Shown: positions 12,001-19,481, numbered from the stretch's first letter. The stretch: 64,000 bases of DNA from Patescibacteria group bacterium (GCA_019750255.1 JAIEOU010000006.1:52142-116141); one strand, 5' to 3'. Numbers and translations: made by a program. Notes: generated by a model from the sequence alone, not told the origin.

Positions 12001-13049
12001 AAAGACAACCGCAGTTGAGCATTATCAAGAACACTAGCCCCATCAAACTCGGGTAGAGTAAAGCCACTGAAACTGACCGGGTACTTACCGCACCCATCCT
12101 CCGCCTCACAAGCCGGAATACTTGCAACAAACTCTCCTGCACCGAGTGCTGGTCCAGACGGTACAACGCTCGTCTCAGCTGGTGCGATTTCGTTGACATT
12201 CGCAACTTCGCTATCACCACCAGCTTCGTCTTCTCCATCTATACCCTCATCTGCGGAAAAACTTTCTATAGCTGAGGATTCCTCATCCACTACCGGAACG
12301 CTCTCCAGCTCACCATCAAGAACCAGAACCTCTTCATTCACGAGCGGTACTTCATTAGGCGCTAACAGCGCTGGTTCCGCAGTAATTTCGGTCGGTTCCG
12401 ATTGTGACTCGGCATCGACGGCTGCTTCAGACACTTCTTGGGCATGCGGAAAAACGCCCCGACTAGTGGGAAACACTCCCCACACTATCGACGAATCACT
12501 CGGTACTCTAACTTGTGGTTCGGTCACCGGATCTGGCGACGGCGCGGGCTGTGGTTCAGTGTCGCTCGGAACCTCATTCACCGACTCCTCCACAATAGGC
12601 TCGGGTCGTTCCGCTTGAGGTAGAGCGGCTGCATCGGGTTGTACCGACCCTTCACCTTCGCTCTCTTCCACAGGAACCTCTACTGACTGTCCGCCTTCCG
12701 AATAAACCGAATCAATCGATACGCCCACTCCCTCTCCCGATGGACTACCATCCAGAGCAGGGGCAGACTCATCACCCCCACTCTCATTAGAAATCTGAGG
12801 CGTGACCACGGGGTAGGCAGCATTACCAGCGTTGAACTCTTGATACAACGCATATTCGCCAACATCCTGAACGAGAACCGACTCGATACCGGTCCAACTT
12901 GTCGTCTCTACCACTCCAGGAATCAATACGAGTTCAGTGGTTGTGTATACCGTTGTATCAATCGTCGCGTATACCAAAATTCCTCCGATGAAACACGGTA
13001 TGAGCAGCACCCAAGCGTAGGTGTGAAGGAGGGCTTTTTTAATAGTCAC
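1..13049 (-). CDS. Giant multidomain surface protein, >4,349 aa, 3' end outside window (N-terminal TM/signal, acidic Pro-rich linker, MG2-like, 3 Fn3-like, 2 WNG-repeat modules, 2 DUF2341+LamG-like, beta-solenoid)
   Basis: GTG at 13049 gives MTIKKALLHTYAWVLLIPCFIGGILVYA. The same frame at the left edge reads TFAANGGTVRFNSTAGAETI. The track reports no long ORF in this frame, as expected if there is no stop. DUF2341-like motifs (FPVYINLSNLPDAFFSGVRSDGGDIRMTT...FYVYYGN) at ~830-1215 and ~6560-6920; TYWWRVRARD-type motifs near 4550, 5350, 8970. Confidence 0.9.
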   Translation of the reverse strand, partial: MTIKKALLHTYAWVLLIPCFIGGILVYATIDTTVYTTTELVLIPGVVETTSWTGIESVLVQDVGEYALYQEFNAGNAAYPVVTPQISNESGGDESAPALDGSPSGEGVGVSIDSVYSEGGQSVEVPVEESEGEGSVQPDAAALPQAERPEPIVEESVNEVPSDTEPQPAPSPDPVTEPQVRVPSDSSIVWGVFPTSRGVFPHAQEVSEAAVDAESQSEPTEITAEPALLAPNEVPLVNEEVLVLDGELESVPVVDEESSAIESFSADEGIDGEDEAGGDSEVANVNEIAPAETSVVPSGPALGAGEFVASIPACEAEDGCGKYPVSFSGFTLPEFDGASVLDNAQLRLSLAAKRNSATDYSGPQRFSIEFRYGSTTEFKVASIIDVEDEVSNGINGGYYLISFETPPQLADLSNLEVRVVFEGNLEAMESAYVESVWLEVTAGSFYEDASLASTTDQITYERDLALPKFHGLHNPDIDQTLSSLPSFTLSYAPQDGFLRRMWNAVFSENIYSVDSVRLTDAFGEVVDVPVSIEYHDETTWIVHFKGRPQKLVAGKYALSISINENDHIYVDSFEFYWGVLAVNSTKTMYGPGERVRLQMAALTDRGDTICDANLELKIIDPNNAISEVPVVQSGACGKNNVTNIPDYESQFGDTNTPGRYTVQLTHRNAAGSVVHVIEDFFEVHEYIPFDIERTAPTRIYPLAAYDVAITVEARRSFVGDIVERVPRGFVFEDTGGAEVVSRPDFTELVWKAVELKEGEKRTFSYRFDAPDLSPYTYLLGPLDMDGFRELRSWQIASDALSGIGWFTGTRTVGSTNLNNAASPLQWSTSTVDSYYFSHSTSTNSQTVTLRQSGDYFMAVTLPMTRTDGAASRSRVGVEVRVNGVAVPQGLGRSGFIRNANSHSESSSHAQFMLSGAQAGDEVTVQVQGLGTIEVTDIVNVSGQASMYVEYVQPTNDVFAATTTRTTNSTNLNQVTPFPFQWTETRQDAGYIHSNTISPENITILNPGTYRVHLSVPVTGDTTSNQNILGRVLLNGVQVSGGVFSQAYTAANADADADFNSSLHWSGVVVATTTNQVLTITAEREANTGTVTVSTSTGFVGSIYIEKMTTADTIVLRGRNLSGGIDWSDSPRESLLFDTSVIKDEAAFTHSTTTNNDDIIVDQAGTYLLTYNNALISGTQHANTRITVEVNGVAVSGAQTKSHYVRGQNAHDNSSGVLVFLLENLAASATINVMVEQEGANATTDDVTDAVITLTKKLDVDERPAAPTTFNTPFDNIRFASTTPFFDFRSVDPDGASNLTYEFALATSADFSNGITRFSSSSAGFRNTASTTDTSPFNENETIRFQLQPADALTDRATYYWRVRARDVSGSGEYGDWSVTQSLTVDLAVAVPNWYQSFDGQFEGNSFVGTVSSGNDRIQVDATVNQELLAAYAEGTVATPRYRLWNGTSWGLELNAVAVSNTINWVETAAAVNRNEYAMVTLDQSNDAFAQIYQASSSSWGNQVLLSNVLTSNIYRGIALTYESLSGDLMAISCTNGADPVFRIWNGSSWSATSTIDVSSLNNCNYIQAASDPTSDEIIVVVRDTGTQYEAMVWDGTAWVNNRIIGVPPAVAPEGVDVVYESSGEQALIVAANGTAASFAYTTWNGSEFSANTTQGIGNDLYYASLSPNPDSDAIVLCYVDADADIGAIRWDGGVWSATSELTTTGNAITGRPIDCEYETVAGRSGNIIAPYSDTGVDGDYHATFSTTTNSWTTNQAGSNMNDALWVQTERTSDGIVMALHYDDENDRLDTARWNGSGWTTSETLEAVIPAGGIYEAMSMSAKRFQFVQGTVRTPIINFNFVPNQATWGDITFSTSEPFGTDVKLRLRYTASTTCDTYVPNGALSGNSAGFDVTQSPINLTGLSTTTFSQICLEATLTTQGSESASLEDWILSWVREPRLIQSAYRWYSNGSFLTPTDAWPIGGVDIAESTAIDSSYAVSNSEAIRLRIALRGANVIQPTSTEQFKLQYAPGFTCSPGLAWADVGDTSSTTALWRGYENSIVGSDWYSASWLRRLKITVNKSLVSGVITNFPVYVNLDDLPDSFFTQVQSDGDDIRVTTSNGLTEVPFELVSINTTTRMGELHFKGDLSTSTDSEFYIYYGNPSASGYAVTAPFGRNNVWTNGYEAVYHLETSPASNLTDSTSNGRTLTTNGGMLGSQSTSSVMGNGVDFDGINDRLTNTAWSWLNTSNAVTVTAWNNVSTAETKTASLFGFNVSGTERLATHAPWNDAVLYWDYGTCCGVGGRLTTNYSAIRNKWTHIGLVSRGVATPGFMGIYLDGTAVATSTISDDPNVALTGFSLGSDLTTGGNHHDGRIDEFRIASVERSAGWILTERTNQSNPTGFYAVSSEELIGDGRVLPSTVLSASDYAETYEERNPTLANRNGLVVGNDAEWDFALQNNGAAANTNYCFRLVYNDGATLNTYTNYPRLITNAPPANPINEAPFDNEQTASTSPWFEFYANDALGDLISYEIEIDDSADFSSPVVTRNSVDTFALFTNLSNPSERSQYTSGQTIRFIPNAALANNTTYWWRVRGRDDFGSNTTGEWSVPTSVTVNSGTTITTWFQTTGEQFATNILFDAVVSTSSNDTGIDSGFTVATVTSSVIDYDDRDTGNAWGAFSYVHDVTSGSIRYYIEYRVGGDTFALVPDAALPGNSAGFTSSPVTLTNLNTSTYNELRIRAVLSGNSTVPRLQAWTVTWAETTTVPSLVTLFDNAKSGTTTPAVTFSSTDPESQDIRYEVQVSTSPLFTSSSTFLSGIDGGFINTASSSDTSPFRTGNVIRYQFQSPLLNGTTYWWRVRARDPGGSDTWTRYSSPRSFTIDTSITTSVWSQTTGDQFSTNSREDISTTTGAAVISTVVNEVMVTYGEGTGQAPRYRLWNGTAWDAAQTAESVGAQVRTVRLKAAPTRPEYALGTTGTDNDVNVQIYNSDSDTWSNVLELFNNVVNAERRAVDLAYETTSGDLMAISCAGTDAVYAIWNGTSWSATSSINLVNTNSCEWVLAASDPVSDEIIAVFRHTVAAGVDYEAMVWNGSSWTATTTFGELVEPESEGMALTYEESGNQAVLVVSTTTSTAAGSLFFRTWNGSAWSVASSATLGDHMEFGVLRPDVGTDRLALCYVDNDNNSGFALWNGSSWDAPVEVEPVAANGNNALPIDCAFETAAGRDGNLMITYSDNGTLSFYQTFSTVLSGELPLSTMPDGYEMEVVRAGDGRIHVTAFDDGALTNDDILASDWSGSFSALTTITGNSSQDANPEYTNASNMAARTYPIFTGGSMRSTSIDFDDGDGPRWEEITLNEATPGASTIEYRLYYRASTSLFTLVPDAVLPGNSVGFGSGPINISSLDTSIFNELQLDAQFICVAGNCPSLNEWAVEWSEGITVSGSAREFDGIATTTSGTVAVAVNGVLQAGKTGSITATGTWSVSNVSAFAGDTITVFVDGATDANEAVGVTTYDGIGNVTNMELTKRHLTIGSDDGATTTNAQFAGFDNVDDEDLFFTVGVGDVLTVCVEAVCGDGRLKVRSGSVYQPGALVATHDFANFGTFRPATNTLRISGSYNQQGTFIEDTSTILFTATSGTETLTATGTQYSFFNLSFGEASSTASYVLSRSLDVNGSLTITHGTLARATSTITVAGNLAIGFGGTMSGIATTTFDGTGSNTWGDSKASSTNIGFAVIDGAAKTITLSANVGAQSVTIGGDDTLNASGSGFNISVFQNWTNNNAFVAQGGTVTFVGTSTSGTISRGVSAFNNLSFTGAGSSWSFATATLVVSGSLSIATGTVTLPTGTTTIAGSFTNNGIFLHNNGEVRMTSTVAGRTITQSATVFNNAFYDLVFTGSGAWSFTESAATTSRNFRITAGTVTFPGGTLTVGGDFLTTGTGVFAHNNGEVILLVQQANTVSTNGSSFNNLRTRGSSGSWYGSGWTKRISVTVQSSQVPTTLTDFPVYINLSNLPDAFFSGVRSDGGDIRMTTADGVTEVPVEVVAINTVAKTGEVHFKAPTISSSTNTVFYVYYGNASAATNTASSTFGRNNVWTNGYEAVYHLETIPTGLMVDSTQNARNLTSFGAMDGSDSVPAVLGNGIDFDGVNDYLANAGFVWPNASNTITVTAWNNVSTAETKNANLFGFTESGGQRIAAHGPWGDAVLYWDFGTAGVPGRVTTSYASYRDKWTHMGLISPGAGGGNMSIFLDGAFIASSAAGDPSATLTGFSLGSLGASQYHDGRIDEFRIASVARTGGWMTTERNNQASSTTFYAVSGEELRRQRTFTDSNAVILGNFVLETGGDATFPNGTLSVGGSFDNDATFAANGGTVRFNSTAGAETI

Positions 13050-13100
13050 GTTACACAACCACCGCACTCCAAATGGAATGAGGGGCTATTTTAAATTATA

Positions 13101-13136
13101 AGCGACACGCCTCCCAGAAATGGGAGGCGTGTCGCT
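13101..13136. terminator. Perfect 16-bp stem-loop between cohesin gene and giant gene
   Basis: agcgacacgcctccca-gaaa-tgggaggcgtgtcgct; weak U-tract. Confidence 0.7.
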
Positions 13137-13161
13137 AAATTCTGGGGATGAATCCAGAAAC

Positions 13162-14706
13162 TTACTTTAGTATTGATTTTACATCACTGATTTCCTTTTC
13201 AATCAATGTTTCAGACACTTCAAGCGCCTGGGTCAATCCTTCAACTGCAATGCGCTCGTTCTTGGAGAGTCGCTTCTGCTTGGTGATCATATTTACCTGA
13301 TCATAGATTTCGTCTCGTAGCGCTGAGAATATTTTCTCCATTTGATCTTGAATCTCTCGCGTCTCCTTGCGCAATTTCTCTTCCTTAATACGCAGTTGCT
13401 TACGTTCATACCACATATATATGAGCTGTAATATCACGACAACAATGAGGAAGAAAATGAGGAGATTGACCGCGGTGAAGTAATCCCAAATCGACGTCAC
13501 GTCCTCTACTTCAAGCGGTTTGACCCAGCCTGACTGAATGAGTACCGCCTTGCTTCCCTCTCGCTTGTTGCCCGCCTTGTCGAATGCATCAATCTTTACA
13601 GTGTAGGTCCCATCCTCTAATTCCTTAAGTAGGTATCCGAGCTTAGCTTCATCTGGAGTAACTCTAATTGGTTCCTTGTCAGCAATCGTCATCTCGTAGT
13701 AATCAATCCCTGAAGTGACGTCCATCGCTTCAAAGGTAAGAAGTGGGAAGTCGGTCGGTAGCGTGCCGGGTACTACCAGTATTTCAAACGGTTCAGGTGG
13801 CGTGGTATCGATGCGTAGCTTTCGGTTAAGGATTCCGCCCCACCCAACTTGGTTCTGATACTGAATGCTAAAATATTGTTCACCATCGACAATCAGACCC
13901 TTATTAATGACAAACTCATCAATTGGTGGGTCATAAATCGCGTTTTGGTTCTTTGAGGGATCGTTATCTGACGAGGTGGCAATTTCAATCGCTACAGCAG
14001 TCACATCAAACGGCAATGTCCAAGTAAACACGCCGTCAGTTGATTTGTACCAAATCTCAGGATCGAGGAAGATTTGTGAACCGACTTCAGGAGCCCGTGG
14101 GGGATCTCCAAAGATAATCGCCTCTTCGCTTTCCTCCTCTTCTGCTTCTGGCTCTGCTGTTGGTGTGGCGGGAGGAGTTGCAGGCGGTGGCGGAGTGGCG
14201 GTAGCACTAATGGTAAAACTGCCCTGCGTCGAGTTTTCAAATACGTCCGTCCCCCGACCATCAGCCGCCAGCACCGAAGCACTAGAGAACGTAACAGCTG
14301 CGGTACCAGCCGCAACAGTTCGGAACGTAACGTTAATTAAATTTGATGTAGCAGTAAAGGGTGTGGGGCTACCACCACCAAAAGTAACAGTACCGGCAGT
14401 GTTTGAAAACGCAGGCTCAGTTGTCCATAAAGAAAATACCGAACCGTCTTTACTGACACTCACCACACTGAGAAGAGTGGGGTCGAACTTCAGTGCGGCT
14501 TCAACCGCGTTTACATTTGCACCACCGGGCGCCACACGAATGGTGGCGGTGAACGTCTGGCCAATGTTGTACGTACCCGTCGACGGTGCGATCACAACGT
14601 CAGCAGCAAAAACCGGGTTAACCCACACATGCGCTGCAGCGATGAATAAAAAAGCAACAAACAGATTTATGCAGACCTTACGTGATAAAGAAAAGAACGA
14701 AGTCAT
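13162..14706 (-). CDS. Membrane-anchored cohesin-domain protein
   Basis: Signal peptide; cohesin-like domain (GQTFTATIRV...NAVEAALKFDPTLLSVVSV...GTVTFGGG...SVLAADG); Pro/Glu linker; Ig-like domains; C-proximal TM helix and charged coiled-coil tail. Confidence 0.8.
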   Translation of the reverse strand: MTSFFSLSRKVCINLFVAFLFIAAAHVWVNPVFAADVVIAPSTGTYNIGQTFTATIRVAPGGANVNAVEAALKFDPTLLSVVSVSKDGSVFSLWTTEPAFSNTAGTVTFGGGSPTPFTATSNLINVTFRTVAAGTAAVTFSSASVLAADGRGTDVFENSTQGSFTISATATPPPPATPPATPTAEPEAEEEESEEAIIFGDPPRAPEVGSQIFLDPEIWYKSTDGVFTWTLPFDVTAVAIEIATSSDNDPSKNQNAIYDPPIDEFVINKGLIVDGEQYFSIQYQNQVGWGGILNRKLRIDTTPPEPFEILVVPGTLPTDFPLLTFEAMDVTSGIDYYEMTIADKEPIRVTPDEAKLGYLLKELEDGTYTVKIDAFDKAGNKREGSKAVLIQSGWVKPLEVEDVTSIWDYFTAVNLLIFFLIVVVILQLIYMWYERKQLRIKEEKLRKETREIQDQMEKIFSALRDEIYDQVNMITKQKRLSKNERIAVEGLTQALEVSETLIEKEISDVKSILK

Positions 14707-14708
14707 AT

Positions 14709-15176
14709 TTATACAGGCCGCGAAGCACGCTTCTCTTGAGTAACTCGCAATCGCACCCTTTCTTTCTCCTCCGGCTTCAGTAGTGGGAGCGTTAATATTA
14801 AAACACCATTTTTTATCTTTGCTTCCGCTTTCTCAATGTCTACACTCTCCGGCAATATAATACGTCGGTAGAAATCTCCCCAAATACATTCCTCAGCCAC
14901 AAACGCACCCTGCACTTTCTTCTTCGGAAAAACTAAATATTCAGGGCGCACTCTCCTGCCCTCAATAAGAATGATATCTGCGTCGCCTTCAATCGAAACA
15001 TGCACGTCATTCATATCAGCGCCAGCTGATTGGGCATACACGACAATCAAACGGTCACTTTGAAATACATCAACATCAAGTTGGGCAACTTTATCAACTG
15101 CAGTTTCTTCCGCTGCTGATTGTAGCGCGTCGCCGGATTTAACACCTCTACCTTTGAGTCGCTGCAGAAAGGACAT
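14709..15176 (-). CDS. Hsp20/alpha-crystallin family small heat-shock protein
   Basis: VDVFQS...ECIWGDFYRRIILPESVD...AKIKNGVLILTLP. Confidence 0.92.
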   Translation of the reverse strand: MSFLQRLKGRGVKSGDALQSAAEETAVDKVAQLDVDVFQSDRLIVVYAQSAGADMNDVHVSIEGDADIILIEGRRVRPEYLVFPKKKVQGAFVAEECIWGDFYRRIILPESVDIEKAEAKIKNGVLILTLPLLKPEEKERVRLRVTQEKRASRPV

Positions 15177-15366
15177 ATGTGTACAGTATATGGTATTGCA
15201 TAGTTTTTTACGTTACGTTTACCCACAGACATAATAAAGTTTAACCACCTTTCTTTTCGAACGAAGCGATGCAATCCAATGCCGCCTTAGCACGTCGCAG
15301 CCACTCGTTATACATACATCAACGCAAGGACGTTACCGGCTAAAGTATAGACATGCAGGTTGCCGC

Positions 15367-15549
15367 CACTACTTTACGCGCTTTGATGCGCAAAAGTAGT
15401 GACAAGGAGAGCTAAGGAGACCGTAGGTCGACTACAGCTTCCTTGGTCAAACACTTCAATATATTCGACCTTCAGAGGGAGAATATATTGACTTAGTGTT
15501 TGTAGGCAACTGACGAAGTAAACTATAGTCGGCCTACGGCCTCGTTAGT
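15367..15549. other. Intergenic structured element: 35-nt hairpin plus ~140-nt imperfect hairpin
   Basis: cactacttt/aaagtagtg; ccgtaggtcgacta/tagtcggcctacgg; caaacact/agtgtttg; tcaatatattc/gaatatattga. Confidence 0.7.
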
Positions 15550-15555
15550 TCCACT

Positions 15556-17466
15556 TCAACCGGTCCAATTGAATAGCAGAATCGAGAAGTCGGTCAAGTT
15601 TACCCGCGTATCGCCGTTTATATCAGCCGGAGGACTGGAATCACCACCACTGGTAGACCACCAGAAGAGGAGAATAGAGAAGTCGGTCAAGTTAACCCGA
15701 CCGTCAGTATTCAAATCCGCGTTCATGCGACGGTCCGCTGTTTCCCCCACTCCGTAGAGTGTGTAGTTAGAAAAATTGGTTGCCAAGGTACCCTCTCCAA
15801 CCGCCCGCGCTCGAACTTTATACGTTCCGTTTGAAAATCCGGCCGTATCGAGTGGAATTGACCAAGCCCCGCCAGCGTCACTTGTTGCGGTTAGGACCTT
15901 ACGCGACGCGACACTTCCCTGCTTTTCGTTTTCAATGGTAATAGTGGCGTTAGGCATTGCATAACCCGACAACGTAGCCGCCGTTCCCGGCGTAACTGGA
16001 TCGGGGGAAACCTTAATCGATGGGGCGACATTAATATTCGAAAGCGCTGTGGTGCGGGCACCACTTACGGTGAACGACGTACTGAACGTACTGGACTTAA
16101 CTTGAGCCGCATCGGTAGCAAACACACCGAATGTGTACACTCCCCGCGCAATCTGGTCTATCGTGGCCGAGTACGAGCCTGTATTTCCAGCGGTTACCTG
16201 AGCAGCTTGTTTACCATCAACCAACACAGTGACCCTCGCTCGCGGAAACGCAAAACCAGTGATTTCTACCCGACCGTCCCCACTGCGGAAAGGTCCGTCG
16301 GTAGACTCAAAGCCTCCTCCAGCCGTGCTCCCGGAACCAGGTCCACGTCCACCCCCACCCCCACCCCCGGCCCCGCCCGTTCCCGACGACCCACCAAGTT
16401 CCGGAGCCTCGCCGTTGGACTCGCCGGTGGTTCCTCCAGCTCCACCTCCATCTCCCGTTCCATTATTACCTTGACCGCTACCATCACCAGAAACCGCACC
16501 GGCAGTGTTAGCCTGACCAGTCGGAACGTCGTTTACGGAAAACTGAATCAAGAAGTCATCGGTGTTAAAGTTCCCTTCATCATCCATACAGCGCACGTAG
16601 TAACGCTGCACCGAATTTGGAATGATTGTAACAATGGTGGAATGGAAAATGAGTCCCGTATTTGCGAACGTTGACGGCATGGCACCATAGGCGACGCTCG
16701 AGGAAGCGGAAAACTTACAAATCGCTAACTCATCAGTTTCTAGACTTATTTCTACACTAAGGGTTGTCCCACCCACCGTACTCGTTGGAGTGGGATTAAA
16801 ACGAAATGGAGGGATGGTTTCAGTTGTATCAACAGGACCGACCCCCACGCGTTCAACGATGGCAATTGAAAAACCGGCGTTGGCAACTTCTGTACCGTCA
16901 TAAATCCGAACATCCACCACGTGCGTTCCCGCCACACTACTATTCACCACTCCTGGTGTATCTTCAGGGGTCGTGGACGTGCCGGTAGTGGTACTAAATG
17001 ATTCACTAAAAACCGAAGACATTGACGTGTGGTCACCAATCTTTAACTCTAGCCTACTCCCGGCTGAAAGACCGACTGTTGGTTCCAGTGTGTACCGGAT
17101 CATTCCCGGTGTTCCCGGAAAAATTTCAACCTGGTCAACACCTGGTGAAGCGACCACGTCCGCCGTGCGCAGGGTGCCATCCACAATCAGCTCGACGTTG
17201 CGCTCATTAAATGAGCTACTGGCAATCACCTCAAACCCGGGCGGCGGTACGACCTCGATGTAGCCACCGGGAGATACGGCCGTATCGAGACGAAAGGCAA
17301 GAGTATGGTTAGCCAGGAAGGTTGGGGCGGAGGTTGAAATCGTATCTTTGTATTCGTTGATATTGCGCGCCTGTAATAATCCGGGAAATAGCGAAAAGGC
17401 CCAGATAAAAGCTAAAAAACTACAGGCAAATAATCCCGCCCATAATTTAGCGACTGTACTTCTCAT
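15556..17466 (-). CDS. Secreted multidomain protein with Gly-rich linker, Ig-like domains and C-terminal dockerin-like domain
   Basis: Likely start ATG 17466 (MRSTVAKLWAG, signal peptide). Duplicated Ca-binding motifs ADLNTDGRVNLTDFSILL and ADINGDTRVNLTDFSILL. Confidence 0.85.
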   Translation of the reverse strand: MRSTVAKLWAGLFACSFLAFIWAFSLFPGLLQARNINEYKDTISTSAPTFLANHTLAFRLDTAVSPGGYIEVVPPPGFEVIASSSFNERNVELIVDGTLRTADVVASPGVDQVEIFPGTPGMIRYTLEPTVGLSAGSRLELKIGDHTSMSSVFSESFSTTTGTSTTPEDTPGVVNSSVAGTHVVDVRIYDGTEVANAGFSIAIVERVGVGPVDTTETIPPFRFNPTPTSTVGGTTLSVEISLETDELAICKFSASSSVAYGAMPSTFANTGLIFHSTIVTIIPNSVQRYYVRCMDDEGNFNTDDFLIQFSVNDVPTGQANTAGAVSGDGSGQGNNGTGDGGGAGGTTGESNGEAPELGGSSGTGGAGGGGGGGRGPGSGSTAGGGFESTDGPFRSGDGRVEITGFAFPRARVTVLVDGKQAAQVTAGNTGSYSATIDQIARGVYTFGVFATDAAQVKSSTFSTSFTVSGARTTALSNINVAPSIKVSPDPVTPGTAATLSGYAMPNATITIENEKQGSVASRKVLTATSDAGGAWSIPLDTAGFSNGTYKVRARAVGEGTLATNFSNYTLYGVGETADRRMNADLNTDGRVNLTDFSILLFWWSTSGGDSSPPADINGDTRVNLTDFSILLFNWTG

Positions 17467-17675
17467 ATATATGTATTGTACCGTGCTACAAAACGAAACC
17501 ACCCCGTCATGCACAGTGAGCAGAAGCAAGGAGGGCGAAGGACGACTATTGTTTTGCTTATGCAAGCGCTTCAGCAGATTCTACTTTTAAGAGGAGAATA
17601 TGCTGGTAGCGACTTGCCTAGTAAAGTGAGTTATGTGTGACAATAGCAACACATCGGCCGATGCACTAGAAACTC

Positions 17676-19469
17676 CTACACAAATCCCCCAGACTGATGC
17701 TCCCACAACCGCGCGTACACGCCCCCGTAAGCAACAAGCGCATCGTGCGATCCGTCCTCAACAATTTTGCCCTCTTCGAGCACAATAATCCGGTCCATTT
17801 CGCGTAAGGTAGAGAGCCGGTGCGCTATCGCGATTACCGTTTTTCCGGCCATAAGCACATGCAGCGCCTTCTGAATAGCCACCTCACTTTCACTATCAAG
17901 TGCTGAAGTAGCCTCATCAAGAACGAGAATTGGCGCATCCTTAAGCATGGCACGGGCAATTGCCACCCGCTGCTTCTGTCCTCCCGAAAGCTTTATGCCG
18001 CGCTCGCCCACAAGCGTGTCGTATTTTTGCTCAAGCTTCTCGATAAACTCATGGGCATAGGCCTTGCGAGCCACCGCTTCTACCTCAGCCTGCGTTGCGT
18101 GTGGCATTCCATAAAGAATATTTTCGCGAATAGTACGGTGAAATAGGAGGGGTTCTTGGGGAACTAAAGAAATCGTCTCACGCAGCGAGTCCTGGGTTAC
18201 TGTAGCGATGTCCTGACCATCAATACTAATACTACCTTTAGGAATGTCATGTTGGCGGAGCAAAAGCGATACAAAAGTACTCTTTCCAGCACCCGAAGAT
18301 CCCACCAATCCCACTCGCTGCCCAGCCGGGATAGTCAGGGAGAAATCATTAAATACCTGGTGTGACTGGAAACTAAACGATACATGTTGCCACGACACTT
18401 CCCCACCATTGGATACGAGATTCTTAGCATTGGGTCGGTCGGTAATGTCATACGGTACATAGATGTCATCGAGCCCTTCCTGCATTTCTCCATACGAACG
18501 AGCCACGCGGTTGAGCATTTGGCCAATAAACATGAGGGAGCCTGTTAACTGCGCATATAAGGCCAAGGCCAACACCACCTCGCCAGGAGACACCGCCCCC
18601 TCTTGCCACCGCACGACGAGAAGCCATATCATTAGCGTAGCAAAGGCAAACAGAACGATATTATTGACTAAAAACGTCCACTCGGTGAAAAACCAACTAC
18701 GTTTTTGCGCATTCATCTGCAATTCACTCAAATCAAAAAGTCCATTGCGTTCGTTGACTGCCTTGGTGTATTGACGCACTGCCGAAATGTTAGTAATCGT
18801 ATCAATCAGTCGCGCCTGAAATCTGCTACTGATATCGGCCGAGACAGTGGAAAGCTTTGATTTATGCTTACTAAATGGAATATTAAGGAGAACGAGACAA
18901 ACAATGAGAATAACAAATATAAGCGCCGCGAGCGGGTCCACTGTCGCAATCAGAGCCACCGTTACGATGTAGGTAACGAGGGTATCGAGCAGGTTCCAAA
19001 GCAGGTCCGGAATTGTACTATCAACCGCACCGGTAACATTACGAATCTTATTGCCCACAGCTCCCGCAAATCGACCACTGTAATACGTGTGCCCATGAGA
19101 TAACACGTGCTCAGTAACGGTGTCACGAGCTCGCTTGGTGGCATTATTCGTCAGTATGGCACCCATAAAGCCACTCCCGCGGTAGAGTAACTGGACAAAA
19201 AAGATAACCACAGGGAACGAGAGGCCCCACCACATAGCCGCTGTTGCGTCCCCCTGCTCTACCGCATCAATAATCAACTTAAATAAGTAGTTTGACCCCT
19301 GACTTATACCAGCGGCAAAAATAACAAGAACGACCGCCGCAAAAAGGTATATATACGAAGATTTAACCGAATGCCAGAAAAAGGCATATGGGTTACGGAG
19401 TTGGTGGTGCTCTTCATTTGTATTAAGCGTCTTTTTCATGTGTATCGTGTTATGACGGTATACGCTCAC
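17676..19469 (-). CDS. ABC exporter, fused permease/ATPase (MsbA/ATM1-like architecture)
   Basis: TM domain plus Walker A GSSGAGKST, signature LSGGQ, Walker B ILVLDEATSALD; start may be ATG 19439. Confidence 0.93.
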   Translation of the reverse strand: MSVYRHNTIHMKKTLNTNEEHHQLRNPYAFFWHSVKSSYIYLFAAVVLVIFAAGISQGSNYLFKLIIDAVEQGDATAAMWWGLSFPVVIFFVQLLYRGSGFMGAILTNNATKRARDTVTEHVLSHGHTYYSGRFAGAVGNKIRNVTGAVDSTIPDLLWNLLDTLVTYIVTVALIATVDPLAALIFVILIVCLVLLNIPFSKHKSKLSTVSADISSRFQARLIDTITNISAVRQYTKAVNERNGLFDLSELQMNAQKRSWFFTEWTFLVNNIVLFAFATLMIWLLVVRWQEGAVSPGEVVLALALYAQLTGSLMFIGQMLNRVARSYGEMQEGLDDIYVPYDITDRPNAKNLVSNGGEVSWQHVSFSFQSHQVFNDFSLTIPAGQRVGLVGSSGAGKSTFVSLLLRQHDIPKGSISIDGQDIATVTQDSLRETISLVPQEPLLFHRTIRENILYGMPHATQAEVEAVARKAYAHEFIEKLEQKYDTLVGERGIKLSGGQKQRVAIARAMLKDAPILVLDEATSALDSESEVAIQKALHVLMAGKTVIAIAHRLSTLREMDRIIVLEEGKIVEDGSHDALVAYGGVYARLWEHQSGGFV

Positions 19470-19481
19470 TCATCTTTCACC

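Noticed and set aside
238-13094. Many short track ORFs on both strands
   Set aside because: Shadow frames of the giant minus-strand gene; no motifs
15411-15549. Integron attC site
   Set aside because: Position and size fit, and the minus strand begins AACTAAC, but the far end reads CTTAGCT rather than GTTRRRY; no integrase present
13162-17466. Cellulosome
   Set aside because: Single cohesin and dockerin with no attached glycoside hydrolase domains; the GH18 proteins here lack dockerins
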